From: an uncultured Clostridia bacterium
GTDB lineage: Bacteria > Bacillota > Clostridia > Oscillospirales > Ruminococcaceae
Length of the DNA stretch: 64,000 bases
Reading direction: 5' to 3'
NCBI GenBank assembly: GCA_947628405.1
Contig: CANQZR010000001.1
Coordinates: forward strand, 956 to 64,955
The notes under the pieces were generated by a model. It was not told the DNA's origin and searched no databases. It saw only the letters and a program-made list of their open reading frames with translations. The translations under genes and the position numbers were made by a program. Below are positions 43,040 through 53,615 of this stretch, piece after piece (within the stretch, counting starts at the first letter, position 1; the number at the start of each line of letters is the position of its first letter).

Positions 43040-43788
43040 TGTATGAACAGCAGCTTGACGGAATGACTTGGAGTTATTCCCGATTGAATACATACCAGAC
43101 CTGTCCTCACGCATTTATGCTTAATTATATCGAGAAAAAACGTCCGCTCCGTTCAAATGCCTTTGCGGAATACGGCACATTCTGTCATAAACTTCTGCAA
43201 ATGTATTTTGACGGAAAAGCGGATTTTTACGAACTTGCGGAGATATACCGGAACGATTATGACATAAATGTGATGTGTGAATTTCCGGCATTTTATTCCG
43301 ATCTTTCGGAAAAATACTATAATGACGGACTGAAATTCTTTAATGAATTTGAGGGCATAAGCGATAATTACCGCATTATCGGCACGGAACAGGAGTTTAA
43401 CACCACGTTCGCCGGAAAACCGTTCACAGGCTTTATTGACCTGATATTGCAGGATAAGACCGACGGCAAATATATTATCGTCGATCACAAAAGTAAAAGC
43501 CGTTTCGGAAGTAAAAAAGAAAAAACAGAATATTTCCGTCAATTGTACCTGTATTCAGTCTATATCAAAGAATATTCCGGAGAATTTCCTGACCAACTTG
43601 CATTCAATATGTTCAGGACAGGTACAACTGTAAAGGAAAAATTTGCTGTGGATAATTTTCATGAAACCGTTTCATGGACAGAATTTCTGCTTGATATGAT
43701 ATACAGCGACGAGGAATTTCCGAAAAACAAGAATGAATTTTATTGCAAAAATATATGTGACGTCCGGGATTTTTGTGATAACGAATAA
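43039..43788 (+). CDS. PD-(D/E)xK exonuclease, Cas4/AddB-like with 4-Cys cluster
   Basis: GFIDLILQD...IIVDHKS core. One N-terminal Cys (YQTCPH) plus C-terminal CKNICDVRDFC. Confidence 0.7.
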   Translation: MYEQQLDGMTWSYSRLNTYQTCPHAFMLNYIEKKRPLRSNAFAEYGTFCHKLLQMYFDGKADFYELAEIYRNDYDINVMCEFPAFYSDLSEKYYNDGLKFFNEFEGISDNYRIIGTEQEFNTTFAGKPFTGFIDLILQDKTDGKYIIVDHKSKSRFGSKKEKTEYFRQLYLYSVYIKEYSGEFPDQLAFNMFRTGTTVKEKFAVDNFHETVSWTEFLLDMIYSDEEFPKNKNEFYCKNICDVRDFCDNE

Positions 43789-43865
43789 AATTATAGTGGT
43801 TGTCGCAAATTTTGCGACTGTTGCATATTTTGCAACAACCACTTATAAAGGAGGTGTTGAACCGG

Positions 43866-45815
43866 TTGATAGTAGACAAGGAAAAGATCGCCGAAGCAAA
43901 AGAGCGTCTCGGCGATCGCAATGCGGAGATAATAGCGGAAGAGCTTGGACTTCCGGACTACGACACAAAGAACAGAAAGGCTTGCTGTCCGTATCATTCG
44001 GAAAAAACAGCAAGTTTTATATATAACAGCAAAAATTACAGCTTCCATTGCTTTGGCTGCCGCAGGAATGTTGATATAATAGACGTTTTTATGAGCAAAG
44101 GTATGACCTATATAGAAGCTCTTGAAAAACTTTTTGATTTAGCAGGAATGTCTCACAGCTTCGGAGAAAAGCACGTTCGCACAAAGACGAGTTACCGTTA
44201 TCCAAGACCCGTGGAATGTACTGATAAAAGCAAGGTCTATACATATTTCTCGCTAAGAAAAATTTCAAAAGCAACTCTTGACTATTGCGACGTGAGACAG
44301 GACGATAACGGAAACGCCGTATTCAATTATTATGATACAAACGACGTTTTAACAATGGTAAAGTACCGTCCGGCAAGAAAAATTTCTAAAGGAGAAAGCA
44401 AAGCGTGGTGCCAGAAAGACGCCGACACAACACCTCTGCTTTTCAATATGAACCGTATAAATACGTCAAAGCCACTGCTTATAACCGAGGGAGAACCGGA
44501 TGCATTATCAGCAATAGAAAGCGGATATACAAATACCGTTTCCGTACCTCTCGGCGCAGGAAATTTCCACTGGATAGAGGAAAACTGGGACTGGCTTGAA
44601 CAGTTTGACAGCATAATAATATGTTCCGACAACGACGACGCCGGAATAAAAATGCAGAAAGAAGTGATCTATCGCATTGGTTCGTGGCGCTGTAAAATAG
44701 TGAATATTCCGCCTTATTTTGAAAGCGAAAAAGGCGAGAAAATAAAAGTAAAAGACCTGAATGAAGTCCTTTATTATTGGGGAAAATCAAAGGTTGCCGA
44801 ACTTATAAATAACGCCACCGATACTCCCGTTGACAGTGTTATAGATTTTTCGCAGATAAAAAATATCGATCTTGACAGCATAGACGGCATTTATACCGGA
44901 TTTGCAGAGCTTGACAAAAAGCTGATGAAACTTTTTTACGGAACATTCAATATTGTTACCGGTATCAACGGCAGCGGAAAAAGCTCATTTCTTGCCCAAT
45001 TAATGTGTCAATCAGTAGAACAAGGGAAAAATGTATGGCTGTATTCAGGGGAAATGTCCAATTCCCAGAGTAAAAACTGGATAAATTACATTTTTGCAGG
45101 ACAGCGGAATCTCAGAGAGTGTGATGCCGGCGGAACACCATTCTGGAAAGTTACCGACACCGCACAGGAAGGTATAAATAAATTCTGTAAGGAAAAAATT
45201 TATATCTATAAAGATGGATATTCCCATAAAGTACCGGATCTGATACAGTCAATGACCGATTCTATACGGAAGTACGGAGTAAAACTTGTGATTATTGATA
45301 ACCTTACCGCTGTAAACCTTGAGTGCAGCGAAAATAATAAATATATCAAGCAGGAAGAGTTTATCGTAAAGTGTATAGATATTGCAAAGAAATATAATGT
45401 TGCAGTGATACTTGTTTGTCACCCTCATAAAATAGAGACAATGCGCCGTCTTACCAAAATGGACGTGCAGGGAATTTCTGCAATAATCGACCTTGCGCAC
45501 AGAATAATTTCCCTATATCGTGTATCGGCAAGCGACAAAAAAGGCGAACCCAAGAAAAACGGCAAAGGCTGGATAAAAGAGCCGGAAAAGTACGATGTTA
45601 TTCTTGACGTCCTGAAAGATCGTATGCTCGGATATGAAGGCTGGTCAACAGGAATGTACTACGACCGCCCGTCAAGAAGATTTTTCACCGATGAAAAGGA
45701 CCTTGACCGTGTGTATTCGTGGGATAAAAAGGTGTATGATTCTCCGCTGCCGTTCCCACCTCCGCAGCTTACGGAGAACAACGAGGACGAGGAAGTTTTC
45801 GGGACAATACAGTAA
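43866..45815 (+). CDS. bifunctional DnaG-type primase / DnaB-like helicase (T7 gp4-like)
   Basis: Zinc finger CCPYHSEKTASF...HCFGC, TOPRIM ITEGEPDALS and CSDNDDAG, Walker A GINGSGKSS. The TTG at 43866, 8 nt after AAGGAGGTG, is preferred over 43800. Confidence 0.85.
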   Translation: MIVDKEKIAEAKERLGDRNAEIIAEELGLPDYDTKNRKACCPYHSEKTASFIYNSKNYSFHCFGCRRNVDIIDVFMSKGMTYIEALEKLFDLAGMSHSFGEKHVRTKTSYRYPRPVECTDKSKVYTYFSLRKISKATLDYCDVRQDDNGNAVFNYYDTNDVLTMVKYRPARKISKGESKAWCQKDADTTPLLFNMNRINTSKPLLITEGEPDALSAIESGYTNTVSVPLGAGNFHWIEENWDWLEQFDSIIICSDNDDAGIKMQKEVIYRIGSWRCKIVNIPPYFESEKGEKIKVKDLNEVLYYWGKSKVAELINNATDTPVDSVIDFSQIKNIDLDSIDGIYTGFAELDKKLMKLFYGTFNIVTGINGSGKSSFLAQLMCQSVEQGKNVWLYSGEMSNSQSKNWINYIFAGQRNLRECDAGGTPFWKVTDTAQEGINKFCKEKIYIYKDGYSHKVPDLIQSMTDSIRKYGVKLVIIDNLTAVNLECSENNKYIKQEEFIVKCIDIAKKYNVAVILVCHPHKIETMRRLTKMDVQGISAIIDLAHRIISLYRVSASDKKGEPKKNGKGWIKEPEKYDVILDVLKDRMLGYEGWSTGMYYDRPSRRFFTDEKDLDRVYSWDKKVYDSPLPFPPPQLTENNEDEEVFGTIQ

Positions 45816-45826
45816 AGGAGCGGTTT

Positions 45827-48800
45827 ATGGTACATACTCATCTTCATTCAATGTATTCTTTGAGAGACAGTATTATCCGTCCGGAAGAACTTGCAGAAAG
45901 GATAAAGGAAATAGGACAAACGGCAGTTGCAGTCACCGATCACGGAATGTCTCTCGGCGGAATAAGCATTTATAAAATTCTTGCGGAACATAACATCAAA
46001 TACATTCACAGCTGTGAATTTTACATTTGCGACGATCTGAATATCAAGGACAAAAACAGTAAATATTATCACCTTGTTGCACTTTGCAAAAATGATACCG
46101 GACGGATAAATCTCAACAGACTTATCAGCGAATCCGGCAAACGCGAGAATTTTTATAATAAACCCCGTATTGATTTTGACCTGCTTTGCAGATATAAGGA
46201 CGGACTTATTATAACTTCTGCTTGTATGGCAGGGGAGATCGGCAGGACGATTTTAAATAATTATGAAGAATCGAAAATTACCGCCGAAAAATACCGTAAA
46301 ATTTTCGGTGAGGATTATTTTCTTGAAATACAGTCCCACCGCGACGAAGAGCAGATAAAGATCAATAAAGCAGTGGTTAAATTAGCGGAAGAATTAAATA
46401 TTCCCGTAGTTGTCACCTGCGACGCCCATTATGTCCTTGAAAGCGATAAAAAATATCAGAATAAATACGCTTTCGGCGGAAATTACAAAGAGGACGGCGA
46501 AGCTTATGTTGATTGTTTTATCCAGTCCGAAGCAGAAGTCAGGGAACGTCTTGACTATCTTCCGGAAAAAACGGTAAATGCAGCAATACACAATACAGAT
46601 GTTATTTCTGACAGGTGCAATGTTGAAATGCCATTGTCCGCGCCCATAATGCCGGAAGTTTCCGTTCCGACAGGGTATGAAAATAATGTACAGTGGCTTG
46701 AAAAACTTTGCAAAGACGGTTTCCGGAAAAAACTTCATTTTGACCTCGATACATATGAAAATACCGGCGAATGTCCGCTTTCGGACAAAGAAAAAACCGT
46801 TTATGCCGAGCGTTACAAATATGAACTTGACAGCCTTGTGAGAATGGAATTTGTGGATTATATCCTGCTTGTGTATTCATATGCACATAAAGGAAAACGC
46901 AGAGGAATTGCAAGGGGCAGCGGAGGCGGTTCGCTTATAAATTATCTTACCGACATAACCAGAATTGACCCTGTTGTCCACGGATTATATTTTGAAAGAT
47001 TTATAGACGTCAGCGCGCTTGATCTGCTTGAAAAAGGGCAGATAACCAAAAAAGAACTGAAAATACCGGATATTGACCTTGATTTCAGTTACGACAGCTG
47101 CGCGGAAGTCCTGCATTTTCTTTATGAGGAATATGGAGAAAATAAAGTTGCTTCTATCGGCAAATTCGGCACAAATAAAACAAAAGGCACTATCAGGGAC
47201 ATATGTAAGGTCTTTGATATTTCCCTTGAAATAGCGGATAATATCGCAAAGTCCTTTGAAAATTACGAACTTGACGAAATTCTGCAAATGATAAAAGGTG
47301 AAATTCCTGTGGAATCAAAAGCAGCGGAAGCCATTGAAATTGTAAAAGCATATCCGGAACTTTTCGAGTATGTGGAAAAATTAAACGGACTTCCCAAATC
47401 TTTTGGACTTCACGCCTGCGGAAAGATAATTTCTACCCGTGATCTGGACGAATTTCTCCCGTCTTGCTACGATACAAATGGAGTGCGTTACCTACAAGGC
47501 GATATGCACGACGTTGAAGATGTGGGACTTGTAAAAATTGACCTTTTAGGCTTGCGCACACTTGACCAGATATACGATACTCTGGAATTATGCGGAGAAA
47601 ATGAAGATTTCATTGATCCGGCACAGGATTACAGAGATGACAAGGTGCTGGATATTTTTCGTAACGGCGATACCGTGGGGGTTTTTCAGTTTTCGTCCGA
47701 GGGAATGAAACAAGTTGTAAAAAAGATGGACGTCAGAGGAATAGACGACCTTTCCGTAGCAAATGCGTTGTACAGACCGGGTTCACTTGACTATATCGAC
47801 AATTTCTGCCGCAGGCGAAAAGGCGAGGAAAAATTTGAATATCTTCACCCTGATCTTGAACCGATATTGAATATAACATACGGAATTTTCGTGTTTCAGG
47901 AACAAATAATCGAACTTGGCAGGCTTGCAAAAATTCACAATCCGGACTTGTTGAGAAAAGCCACCGCAAAGAAAAATCCGAAACTTCTTGCAAAAGTAAA
48001 ACCGGAACTTGAAGAAAAATTAAAAGAGAGAGGCTGGACGGACGAACAATTTACCGAGTTGTGGGCGCAGATCGTTGAATTTGGCAAATACAGCTTTAAT
48101 AAAGCACATTCTTCAGCATATGCGATCATTGCATATATGACCGCAAAATTAAAAGCATATTATCCTGCGGAATTTTACGCAGGACTTTGTAATTCATATA
48201 TCGGCGAGAGCGATTTTGTCAAGAATAATGCAGACGAAATAATGACTGATATGATGTCTCACGGAATAAAGATCGCACCTTTTAATTTCCGTAACGATCA
48301 CCGTAAATGTTCTGTAAGTGACGGAAAAGTCGTGTATGCCGTACCGCTTATAAGGGACTGTTCGGAAATGTCTGCCGAAGTTTTGTATCAATGCTCGGAT
48401 AAAAAGTATGACTTGTTTACCGAACTTCTTTATGATCTCAACCGAAAAGGCGTCACATCAACTCAAACGGATATTTTTATCAAATTGGGATTTTTCAGTG
48501 AATTTGGAGAAATTGAAACACTGTTACGTACAAAAGAAATATTTCTCTATTTCAAATACGGCGAAGCAAAGGAAATTGACAAAAATAAAATTCCATATCC
48601 GGAAATTGAAACAGCCTTGCGGAAATATTGTAAAGAAACCAATTCCAGATACAGCGTGACGAATGAAAAAATTGAAAATTCTCAGAAACTTATAAGACTT
48701 CTGAAAAAGAAACAGCAGAACGGGATCGCCGGACTTGAAACCGAACTTGTAGAGCAGCAGGATATCGCAGGAGCGGAACGCCGCAAAATAATAAATAAGA

Positions 48801-49165
48801 TAATTTCCGAAATTATAGAGGAAATGCAAGCCAATGGCAGTATAAAACCAATATCATTCAAAGACCGGATAGAACATCAGTTAAAATACCTTGGATCTGT
48901 ATATCTGATTACCGGAAAAGAGATCGACAGACGGAAAATATTTATCAAGAAAATGACACCATTAAAAAGTCGTGAAACGGGTAAAATATGGGGATATGCT
49001 CTTGATACAATGTCGATAGGTTCAGGAAAAAATTCACGGCTCACAATATATAAAAACGTATTTGATACCGATCCTTTCGGAGAAAATGACGTCATATATG
49101 CAAGTTCGGTAACAAAAAATCCGTCCGGCTACTGGTATCTGAATGATTACAAAAAAATATCATAG
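45827..49165 (+). CDS. dnaE: DNA polymerase III alpha subunit (DnaE-type, PHP domain)
   Basis: 1112 aa. N-terminal HTHLHSMYSLRDS...AVTDHG is PHP-type. Size and layout are typical of DnaE. Confidence 0.85.
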   Translation: MVHTHLHSMYSLRDSIIRPEELAERIKEIGQTAVAVTDHGMSLGGISIYKILAEHNIKYIHSCEFYICDDLNIKDKNSKYYHLVALCKNDTGRINLNRLISESGKRENFYNKPRIDFDLLCRYKDGLIITSACMAGEIGRTILNNYEESKITAEKYRKIFGEDYFLEIQSHRDEEQIKINKAVVKLAEELNIPVVVTCDAHYVLESDKKYQNKYAFGGNYKEDGEAYVDCFIQSEAEVRERLDYLPEKTVNAAIHNTDVISDRCNVEMPLSAPIMPEVSVPTGYENNVQWLEKLCKDGFRKKLHFDLDTYENTGECPLSDKEKTVYAERYKYELDSLVRMEFVDYILLVYSYAHKGKRRGIARGSGGGSLINYLTDITRIDPVVHGLYFERFIDVSALDLLEKGQITKKELKIPDIDLDFSYDSCAEVLHFLYEEYGENKVASIGKFGTNKTKGTIRDICKVFDISLEIADNIAKSFENYELDEILQMIKGEIPVESKAAEAIEIVKAYPELFEYVEKLNGLPKSFGLHACGKIISTRDLDEFLPSCYDTNGVRYLQGDMHDVEDVGLVKIDLLGLRTLDQIYDTLELCGENEDFIDPAQDYRDDKVLDIFRNGDTVGVFQFSSEGMKQVVKKMDVRGIDDLSVANALYRPGSLDYIDNFCRRRKGEEKFEYLHPDLEPILNITYGIFVFQEQIIELGRLAKIHNPDLLRKATAKKNPKLLAKVKPELEEKLKERGWTDEQFTELWAQIVEFGKYSFNKAHSSAYAIIAYMTAKLKAYYPAEFYAGLCNSYIGESDFVKNNADEIMTDMMSHGIKIAPFNFRNDHRKCSVSDGKVVYAVPLIRDCSEMSAEVLYQCSDKKYDLFTELLYDLNRKGVTSTQTDIFIKLGFFSEFGEIETLLRTKEIFLYFKYGEAKEIDKNKIPYPEIETALRKYCKETNSRYSVTNEKIENSQKLIRLLKKKQQNGIAGLETELVEQQDIAGAERRKIINKIISEIIEEMQANGSIKPISFKDRIEHQLKYLGSVYLITGKEIDRRKIFIKKMTPLKSRETGKIWGYALDTMSIGSGKNSRLTIYKNVFDTDPFGENDVIYASSVTKNPSGYWYLNDYKKIS

Positions 49166-49176
49166 GAGGGAATATT

Positions 49177-51429
49177 TTGCCTGACAGAATAAAAATTATC
49201 TGTTCCGTTGAATCTATCCGCTATAAAAAAGGCGATTTCCACATTGCAGCAGTCATTATTGACAAAGTAAAAGAGGGGACTCCCGTCACAAACAACAAGC
49301 GGATAACCATAAAAGGACTTGCTCCGGAACTTGTTGTCGGAAATGTATATACCCTTATTGCCGACTATGTGAACGATCCCAAATGGGGCGGACAGTATAA
49401 AGTCGTTTCAATGTACGGAGAGATTGACTTTGGCAAAGATAATAAAGACGGACAGAAGCAGTTTTTATCCAACCTTTTTACGCCGTTGCAGATAAAAAAT
49501 ATGTATAATGCACTTCCTGATCCTTTTGAAACATTAAAAAAAGGGGATAAGGAACAACTTCTCAAAGTCAAAGGCTGCGGAAAAGAAACAGCGGAAAGGT
49601 GGATAAAAAAATTTAATGATAATACCTATCTTGCAAGAATTTTTTCGGAGCTTGCAGGATATGACCTGACAAATAATATTGTTAAAAAACTTCTTGATAC
49701 ATATAAAAATCCTGATACAGTCATTGAAAAAGTCAAGTCCGATCCCTATGTACTTTGCTATGAGGTAGAGGGTATCGGCTGGAAAACAGCGGATAAAATT
49801 GCCCTTGAAAGCGGTGTTGACAGACACAGTGCAAAGCGTATCGGAACGTATATTTATAAATTTCTCAACGACTGCGGATATAACGGCTTCTCTTGGATAA
49901 AGATAGACGATCTGTATAAAAATATCTGTTCCGACCTTGACGAAAGTATTTCTATGGATATGGTTATGAACGCAATTTCCGGAATGTCGGATAAATTCCG
50001 GCTCAACGATAATAGAACCGAGATCGGACTTCTGAAATTCTATTCCGTTGCAAAACTTATAACACATCACCTTTTCAGACTTAAAAATGCAGGATCAGAT
50101 ATTAAGTGCGAAAACTGGGAGAATATTTTAACCGAGATTGAGCAGAAAAATAACTGGCAGTTCACGCCGGAACAGAGGCAAGGCATTGAAACAGTTCTGA
50201 AAAACAATGTCACCGTAATATACGGCGAGGCAGGAACGGGAAAAAGCTCAACAGTATCTGCTTTTCTTGAAATTCTCAAAAATTATTCTTTTGTGCAGTG
50301 TGCATTATCCGGACGTGCAAGCTCGAGAATGTCGGAAATTACCGGTCAGGAGGGATATACGATACACCGTCTGCTTGGTTTTCCGTCCCACGATGATGAT
50401 AAGAACGGATTTGCATTTCACGACGAAAATCCTTTGAAAACGGATATTGTTATCGTGGACGAATTATCTATGGTAGACGCATTTTTGTTTTATTATCTTA
50501 TAAGAGCGATACCTTCAGGGGCAAAACTTGTAATGATTGGCGATACCGGACAGCTTGAATCAATAGGCTGCGGAAATGTCCTGTCGGATATTATAAATTC
50601 CGGAGCAATTCCTGCCGTACATTATACACAGATACACAGACAAGCTGCAAGATCAGCGATCATTACCGAATCACGGAAAATACGCCATGGAGAACAAATT
50701 ACAGCCGAAAATCAGTGTGTTACGGAAGTGCGTGGAGAATTGCAGGATCTGCAAATTGATTGTTACAACGGCAGAGAAAAAACTTTTGACAAGATAATAA
50801 ACGCATTCAAAACCGAGATCGGAAAGAAAAATGCTGACATAATGGAAATACAGATTTTAGTTCCCGTAAAAAACACCGGAACAGTCTGCACAAACAAACT
50901 TAATAAAGCTATTCAGGATATATACAACCCTCCTGCTGAAAATAAACCACAGATAAAAATTACCGCCGAAAAGGACAGCTTTTTTATCCGGAAAGGCGAT
51001 AAGATAATCAATACCTGCAATTGTTATTATACAAAGTTACCGATATATAACGGAAACATCGGCATTGTCAAAGAAGTTTATCCGGAAGATAATGCGATTC
51101 TGGCAGATTTTACAGGTATCGGCGAAGTTTATATAGACGATAATATTATCGGAAATATACGTCTCGGATACGCTATTACCGTCCATAAATCGCAGGGTTC
51201 ACAGTTTGACTGCGTAATTTTCGGAACGGATCAGTGGTCATATATGCTTCTCACAAGAGAAATGATGTATACAGCAATAACAAGAGCGAAGAAAAAGTGT
51301 TATCTTATAGCAGAAAATTCCGCGCTTCACAACGCCGTAAAAACCGAGGGCGTAAGTAAAAAACAAACATATTTAAAAGATCTGTTGAAAGATAAAAATT
51401 TCCTTAATACACCTCAAATCACGCAATAA
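49177..51429 (+). CDS. RecD2-like SF1B DNA helicase
   Basis: YGEAGTGKSS, VIVDELSMVD and AITVHKSQGSQFD. TTG start after AGGAGGG. Confidence 0.85.
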   Translation: MPDRIKIICSVESIRYKKGDFHIAAVIIDKVKEGTPVTNNKRITIKGLAPELVVGNVYTLIADYVNDPKWGGQYKVVSMYGEIDFGKDNKDGQKQFLSNLFTPLQIKNMYNALPDPFETLKKGDKEQLLKVKGCGKETAERWIKKFNDNTYLARIFSELAGYDLTNNIVKKLLDTYKNPDTVIEKVKSDPYVLCYEVEGIGWKTADKIALESGVDRHSAKRIGTYIYKFLNDCGYNGFSWIKIDDLYKNICSDLDESISMDMVMNAISGMSDKFRLNDNRTEIGLLKFYSVAKLITHHLFRLKNAGSDIKCENWENILTEIEQKNNWQFTPEQRQGIETVLKNNVTVIYGEAGTGKSSTVSAFLEILKNYSFVQCALSGRASSRMSEITGQEGYTIHRLLGFPSHDDDKNGFAFHDENPLKTDIVIVDELSMVDAFLFYYLIRAIPSGAKLVMIGDTGQLESIGCGNVLSDIINSGAIPAVHYTQIHRQAARSAIITESRKIRHGEQITAENQCVTEVRGELQDLQIDCYNGREKTFDKIINAFKTEIGKKNADIMEIQILVPVKNTGTVCTNKLNKAIQDIYNPPAENKPQIKITAEKDSFFIRKGDKIINTCNCYYTKLPIYNGNIGIVKEVYPEDNAILADFTGIGEVYIDDNIIGNIRLGYAITVHKSQGSQFDCVIFGTDQWSYMLLTREMMYTAITRAKKKCYLIAENSALHNAVKTEGVSKKQTYLKDLLKDKNFLNTPQITQ

Positions 51430-51742
51430 TCCGTTTGAATTGAATCTTGTTAAAAGGTATAATTATATTGTAAGAAGAAAAATTTTAATTATTATCAAAA
51501 AGGAGATGAATTTTCATAAATGACATAGAAATAAAACTTCCAAAATCGGCGCAGTTGGCAATGCGGTATTACAGCGGTGGGAAACTGCTTTATGTTGTCA
51601 CACGGAATGTCACAGGGGATATATACACATTATTCAAGGCAGCAAAGGACAATAAACTGACAAAGATCCGCACCGCCGATACACCGATAAAATTCAAAGA
51701 GGTATACCCTGATTGATTTTTATATCTGAAAGGAGAATGTAT

Positions 51743-52375
51743 ATGCCCGTAGAATATGATTATTGTACAAACACATGGGGACCAACTTTGTCCAATGATT
51801 CAACTGTTTTGATCAAGCCAAAGCCAATAACTGATTCTGATGTTTATAAAGCGTTGAGTTCTTGTAAAACATTATCGAGTGTATTGGCAGACATATCTAA
51901 GCCAATGAAAAGTTCACCTATCATCAATTACACATACGACAGTATAAAAGGCGTGACAATAATTGAATGGATCGACGGTACAAAGACCATTGTCAGAGCA
52001 GAAAACCCGGACGCTGCCGATAAATTCACAGGCTTTATGACCGCCGTTGCAAAGAAAGCAATGGGCAACGATAACACAGTCAATAAACTTTTCGATGAAT
52101 GGGCAATAAAGAGACCACTGAAGGAACTGGAACAGCAGAAAAAACAGCAGAAAGAAAAGGCGGAAGCCGAAAGAATAGCCAAGAAACGAGCAGAAAAGAA
52201 ACGTAAATGGCTCGTCAGAAAACGTGCTGCTGAGATAGCAAGAGAGTATGAAGCACAGAAGATCGCCGAAGAGAAATATGGTGTTCCAATGGGATTACGT
52301 TTTCCTTGCACGCTTGATAGTACCAACGAATTTGATGGAGTGTTATCGTCAATGTCATTGGAGGAAACTAAATGA
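51743..52375 (+). CDS. hypothetical protein with Lys/Glu-rich C-terminal region
   Basis: The ATG 6 nt after AAAGGAGA is preferred as start. No family recognised. Confidence 0.5.
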   Translation: MPVEYDYCTNTWGPTLSNDSTVLIKPKPITDSDVYKALSSCKTLSSVLADISKPMKSSPIINYTYDSIKGVTIIEWIDGTKTIVRAENPDAADKFTGFMTAVAKKAMGNDNTVNKLFDEWAIKRPLKELEQQKKQQKEKAEAERIAKKRAEKKRKWLVRKRAAEIAREYEAQKIAEEKYGVPMGLRFPCTLDSTNEFDGVLSSMSLEETK

Positions 52376-52962
52376 AAATAGGTATTGATATTGACAACGT
52401 CATATTCAATACCGCCGAGACAGTGCTTGACGTTCACTATGAAGATACAGGTGAACGTCTGCACCTGTCGGATATAACGGATTATAATATGACGCAGTTC
52501 GTAGGTAAAAAATACAGATATCATTTCCCCGAACTTTTCTCCGATAAAAGGGTTATTGAGCGCCTGAAACCGCTTGATGCTTGTGTTGAAACTATAAATA
52601 ATATGTTTGGTAAACAAGGACACGACATTTTATTTGTGACTGCTTCTCCAAGATACATACTGCCGGACGGCAAGAAAAAATTGCAGGAACTTTTTGATTT
52701 TGATGTTTCAAAAAAAATAGTAGTTGCTAAACGCAAGTCTGTTGTGGATATAGATATTCTTATAGATGACTGTCTCGATCAAGTTTCAAGACAAATATTC
52801 TATAGAAACGATCCTGCTATTCTTTTAAATTATCCGTGGAATCAGCAACCCATTGTAGGAGGCTCTCGTGGGCTTCTCTACCGTGCCGATAATTGGAAAG
52901 ATATCGACAGATTAATGTTTCTGATGACGGCTGTTTTGAAAATAGATTCACAGGGGGAATGA
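52372..52962 (+). CDS. 5-prime(3-prime)-deoxyribonucleotidase (HAD, NT5C-like)
   Basis: N-terminal KIGIDIDNVIF (DxDxV) and late DILIDD. Confidence 0.65.
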   Translation: MKIGIDIDNVIFNTAETVLDVHYEDTGERLHLSDITDYNMTQFVGKKYRYHFPELFSDKRVIERLKPLDACVETINNMFGKQGHDILFVTASPRYILPDGKKKLQELFDFDVSKKIVVAKRKSVVDIDILIDDCLDQVSRQIFYRNDPAILLNYPWNQQPIVGGSRGLLYRADNWKDIDRLMFLMTAVLKIDSQGE

Positions 52963-53600
52963 CCATAAAAGTTTTAGAATTATTCGCAGGAACACGTTCA
53001 ATAGGTAAAGCGTTTGAAGCAAAGGGACACAAAGTGTTCAGCATTGACTGGAATAAAGATTTCGATAATATCGACTTATATACAGATATACGGGAACTTG
53101 CAGCGAAAGACATTATCGAAAAATTCGGTAAACCTGATATTATATGGGCTTCACCTGACTGCACAACATTTTCAATAGCCGCAATCAGTCATCACAGAAA
53201 AAGAAATCCTGAAACGGGCAATTTAGATCCTGTCAGTGATTATGCTAAGTTTTGTGATGAAGTCGATAAGCACGTTCTTGAACTTATTAAAGAACTTTCT
53301 CCCAAGTATTTCTTCATAGAGAATCCAAGGGGGGGTATGCGTAAGATGAGTTGGATGCAGGGCTTACCACGCTATACCGTTACATACTGCCAGTATGGTG
53401 ATATGAGAATGAAACCAACAGACATATGGACGAACCACCCTGATCCGCAGTTCAAACCTATGTGTCATAACGGCGATAGCTGCCATACTCCTGCACCAAG
53501 AGGAAGTAAAACAGGAACACAAGGCTTAAAAGGCTCAAAAGAACGTTCAGTCATTCCGCAGGAATTGTGTGAACATATAGTTGAAATTTGTGAGAGGTGA
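52959..53600 (+). CDS. short DNA cytosine-5 methyltransferase-like protein
   Basis: LELFAGTRS (motif I), SPDCTTFS (PC motif), FIENPRG (ENV-like). ATGA overlap with the upstream gene. Confidence 0.6.
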   Translation: MTIKVLELFAGTRSIGKAFEAKGHKVFSIDWNKDFDNIDLYTDIRELAAKDIIEKFGKPDIIWASPDCTTFSIAAISHHRKRNPETGNLDPVSDYAKFCDEVDKHVLELIKELSPKYFFIENPRGGMRKMSWMQGLPRYTVTYCQYGDMRMKPTDIWTNHPDPQFKPMCHNGDSCHTPAPRGSKTGTQGLKGSKERSVIPQELCEHIVEICER

Positions 53601-53615
53601 CAGCTTATAAAATAC

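Noticed and set aside
51561-51716. 51-aa ORF (MRYYSGGKLLYVVTRNVTGDIYTLFK...) in the recD2-downstream gap, possibly extending to an ATT at 51510 behind AAAGGAGA.
   Set aside because: The ATG has no RBS, and the well-placed RBS precedes only a non-canonical ATT. The coding status is uncertain, so it is left unannotated.
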